DNA of 64,000 nucleotides. Origin: Eledone cirrhosa (lineage: Eukaryota). Under the pieces are notes generated by a model that saw only the letters and a list, made by a program, of their open reading frames with translations, searched no databases and was not told the DNA's origin. The stretch covers positions 102,362,001 through 102,426,000 of the forward strand of contig OZ024743.1 of the NCBI GenBank assembly GCA_964016885.1, written 5' to 3'. Below, one piece after another: positions 59,824 to 64,000 of this stretch (within the stretch, counting starts at the first letter, position 1; each line of letters opens with the position of its first letter). The position numbers were made by a program, and so were the translations under genes.

Positions 59824-60490
59824 CATATACATATATATATACATATACATATATATATACATATACATATATATATATACATACATATATACATACATAT
59901 ATACATACATATATATACATACATAAATATACATATATATATACATACATATATATACATATATATATACATACATATATATACATATATATATACATAC
60001 ATATATATACATATATATATACATACATATATATATATACATATATATATACATATATATATACATACATATATATACATATATATATACATACATATAT
60101 ATACATATATATATACATACATATATATACATATATATATACATACATATATATATATACATACATATATATATATATATACATATATATATACATATAT
60201 ATATACATATATATATATATACATATATATACATAGATATATACATATATATATACATATATATATATACATATATATACATAGATATATACATAGATAT
60301 ATACATATATATATATACATATATATATATACATATATATATATACATATATATACATAGATATATACATATATATATATACATATATATATATACATAT
60401 ATATACATAGATATATACATAGATATATACATATATATATATACATATATATATATACATATATATATATATACATAGATATATACATAG

Positions 60491-60531
<41 letters not shown>

Positions 60532-60572
60532 CATATATACATATATATATATATACATAGATATATACATAG

Positions 60573-60611
<39 letters not shown>

Positions 60612-60682
60612 CATATATACATATATACATATATACATCTATATATATATACATATATATATATACATATATACATATATAC

Positions 60683-60725
<43 letters not shown>
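59455..60725. repeat. (TA)n/(TACA)n array
   Basis: Direct inspection. Confidence 0.97.
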
Positions 60726-61152
60726 GAAAGATTTGAATGGATACAGTTTAGTTGAAAGGAATTTATTGACACGTGTTTCTATAACAGTTACATAACCTAA
60801 AACAGCTATCTACAAACTTTTAGTTATGCAGACATTCAATATTTCAATGTTATTATTTACTGTCATTTCATCAGAATAATATTACTGAGGACCTATTTAG
60901 TTTTTATATAGAATATTAGGAGGGAGGGGTGAAGTTGTTAGAAGAATAGTTGAAGGAGTGGTTTTTCGATAGCAGTGAGAATTCTTGGTGGCAGTGAGTA
61001 ATTAGATTCCCATCTGTTGTTTTGACATTTTTTATAGAATATATTATTGGTTATTTTTCTAAATCTATAGAAGGATTAGAGATAGTGAAGATATGCGTGG
61101 CTGATAATCTACTGTGTGTAATATTTATATTACAACACAACGGAAAATACTG
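60726..61152 (-). mobile_element. Degenerate PLE-like fragment with HHR remnant at ~60833-60880
   Basis: Reverse complement tatt CTGATGA aatg..catt GAAA tattgaatg; weak EN-tail-like translation DLEK*PIIY..LITHCHQ. Confidence 0.35.
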
Positions 61153-61185
<33 letters not shown>

Positions 61186-61192
61186 GTATATA

Positions 61193-61247
<55 letters not shown>

Positions 61248-61248
61248 G

Positions 61249-61421
<173 letters not shown>

Positions 61422-61427
61422 GTATAC

Positions 61428-61544
<117 letters not shown>

Positions 61545-61601
61545 CATATACATATATATACATATACATATACATATATATACATATACATATATATACA
61601 T

Positions 61602-61641
<40 letters not shown>

Positions 61642-61643
61642 TT

Positions 61644-61687
<44 letters not shown>

Positions 61688-61689
61688 TT

Positions 61690-61766
<77 letters not shown>

Positions 61767-61769
61767 CTT

Positions 61770-61802
<33 letters not shown>

Positions 61803-61805
61803 CTT

Positions 61806-61836
<31 letters not shown>

Positions 61837-61869
61837 CTTACACACATATATATATATATATATATATAC

Positions 61870-62455
61870 GTTATTCCGGGTTGAATCGGAGGTAACCACA
61901 GTAAGTAAGGTACTCAATACATAGCAGAGCATAAAAGTTTTAATATAGATGAGATTCTACAGGACTAGAACTGTTTCATTCATTAGAAATCATCAGGAAT
62001 CTGGGTATCAAAAAATAAAAATGGTATTTATAGGTCTCTACAAGTGGTAGGAGAGGGTGGGGAGTGGGATGGGTGTAGGTCATTGGTTGATAGAAAAGGG
62101 AATTCATTAAAAGCTAATTCTACAAAGCTATAGTTTATTTTTATTTATTTATGTTTTTAGAGTAACAAGGGCAGACAGAATTCTATAAACAGGTTCCGGA
62201 TGGCATACCATTCCTTGTCATTAAGTTTCCCTTAAGCTAACAGATGTCTATAAGATCAGTGGGGGGTCAGTCATGGTCGATAGTATTAAAGAAAAGGGAG
62301 ATTCTTTAAAAGCTAAAATCATTAAGGTTCTACTAACTGACAAAGGTTTAGAGAATTCTGTAGACAGATTCAAAATACTGAGTGCAAATCTTACAATTAT
62401 CTTCGAACTTCTCTTAAACTAATCATCTATATGCCAAAAATCAACAGACACATTC
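61870..62455 (-). mobile_element. PLE 3' region, family F, with intact HHR at 61952-62002
   Basis: Reverse complement agattc CTGATGA tttctaatgaat GAAA cagttctagtcct GTA gaatct. Confidence 0.8.
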
Positions 62456-62577
62456 ACAAAAAAACATACTCACTCACACACTCACGCGCAACCATAAACA
62501 CACATACACATACACATAAAAACACACACACATATATATAAATATATTTATATACATACACATACATACACACATGC

Positions 62578-62696
<119 letters not shown>

Positions 62697-62837
62697 TATA
62701 TACATACACACACACATACATATATATACACACACATACATATATATACACACACACACATATATACACATATAAATACACTCACACACATACATACAAA
62801 CAAATATACATGTGTATACATATACACACAAATACAC

Positions 62838-62884
<47 letters not shown>

Positions 62885-62950
62885 TACATATATATATATA
62901 TATAAAACACATACACACACATATATACATATACACACACATACACATAA

Positions 62951-63007
<57 letters not shown>

Positions 63008-63073
63008 CATAAAGAAACATATACATATACATACACACACACACACATATACACATATATAAGGAAAAAGCAC

Positions 63074-63171
<98 letters not shown>

Positions 63172-63213
63172 TACACCATTCATACATATATTCATATATA
63201 TATACATACACAC

Positions 63214-63919
<706 letters not shown>

Positions 63920-64000
63920 TATATATATACATATATATACATACACATATATATATATATATACATATATATACATACACATATACATATATATATATAC

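Overview
Very AT-rich, repeat-saturated eukaryotic DNA. The SINE/LINE tails and huge (TA)n/(CA)n/(TATG)n arrays resemble octopus or other coleoid cephalopod genomes; this is an inference from remembered repeat motifs, not a verified assignment. No intact host gene is recognisable, and nearly all listed ORFs are translated microsatellites. Recognisable transposon remnants are two CR1-type LINEs, an inverted RTE LINE, four copies of a short RTE-derived element, a DD37D/maT-like transposon, a non-autonomous Helitron, MITEs and tRNA-SINEs. The dominant hidden signal is an unusually dense set of type I hammerhead ribozyme (HHR) motifs: by eye about 19 with intact CUGANGA/GAAA/NUH cores and about 15 degenerate, from a dozen or more sequence families. 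They sit in (i) 5'-truncated Penelope-like element (PLE) insertions with fold-back ends, inserted in (TA)n, a few retaining GIY-YIG or RT remnants, and (ii) three families of ~440-470 nt non-coding, one-HHR units found as tandem or circularly permuted monomers. The latter look like retrozyme/circRNA-derived elements and share an ATGCAAAT octamer about 90-100 nt upstream of the ribozyme. Family letters below are my own labels, and coordinates were read by eye.
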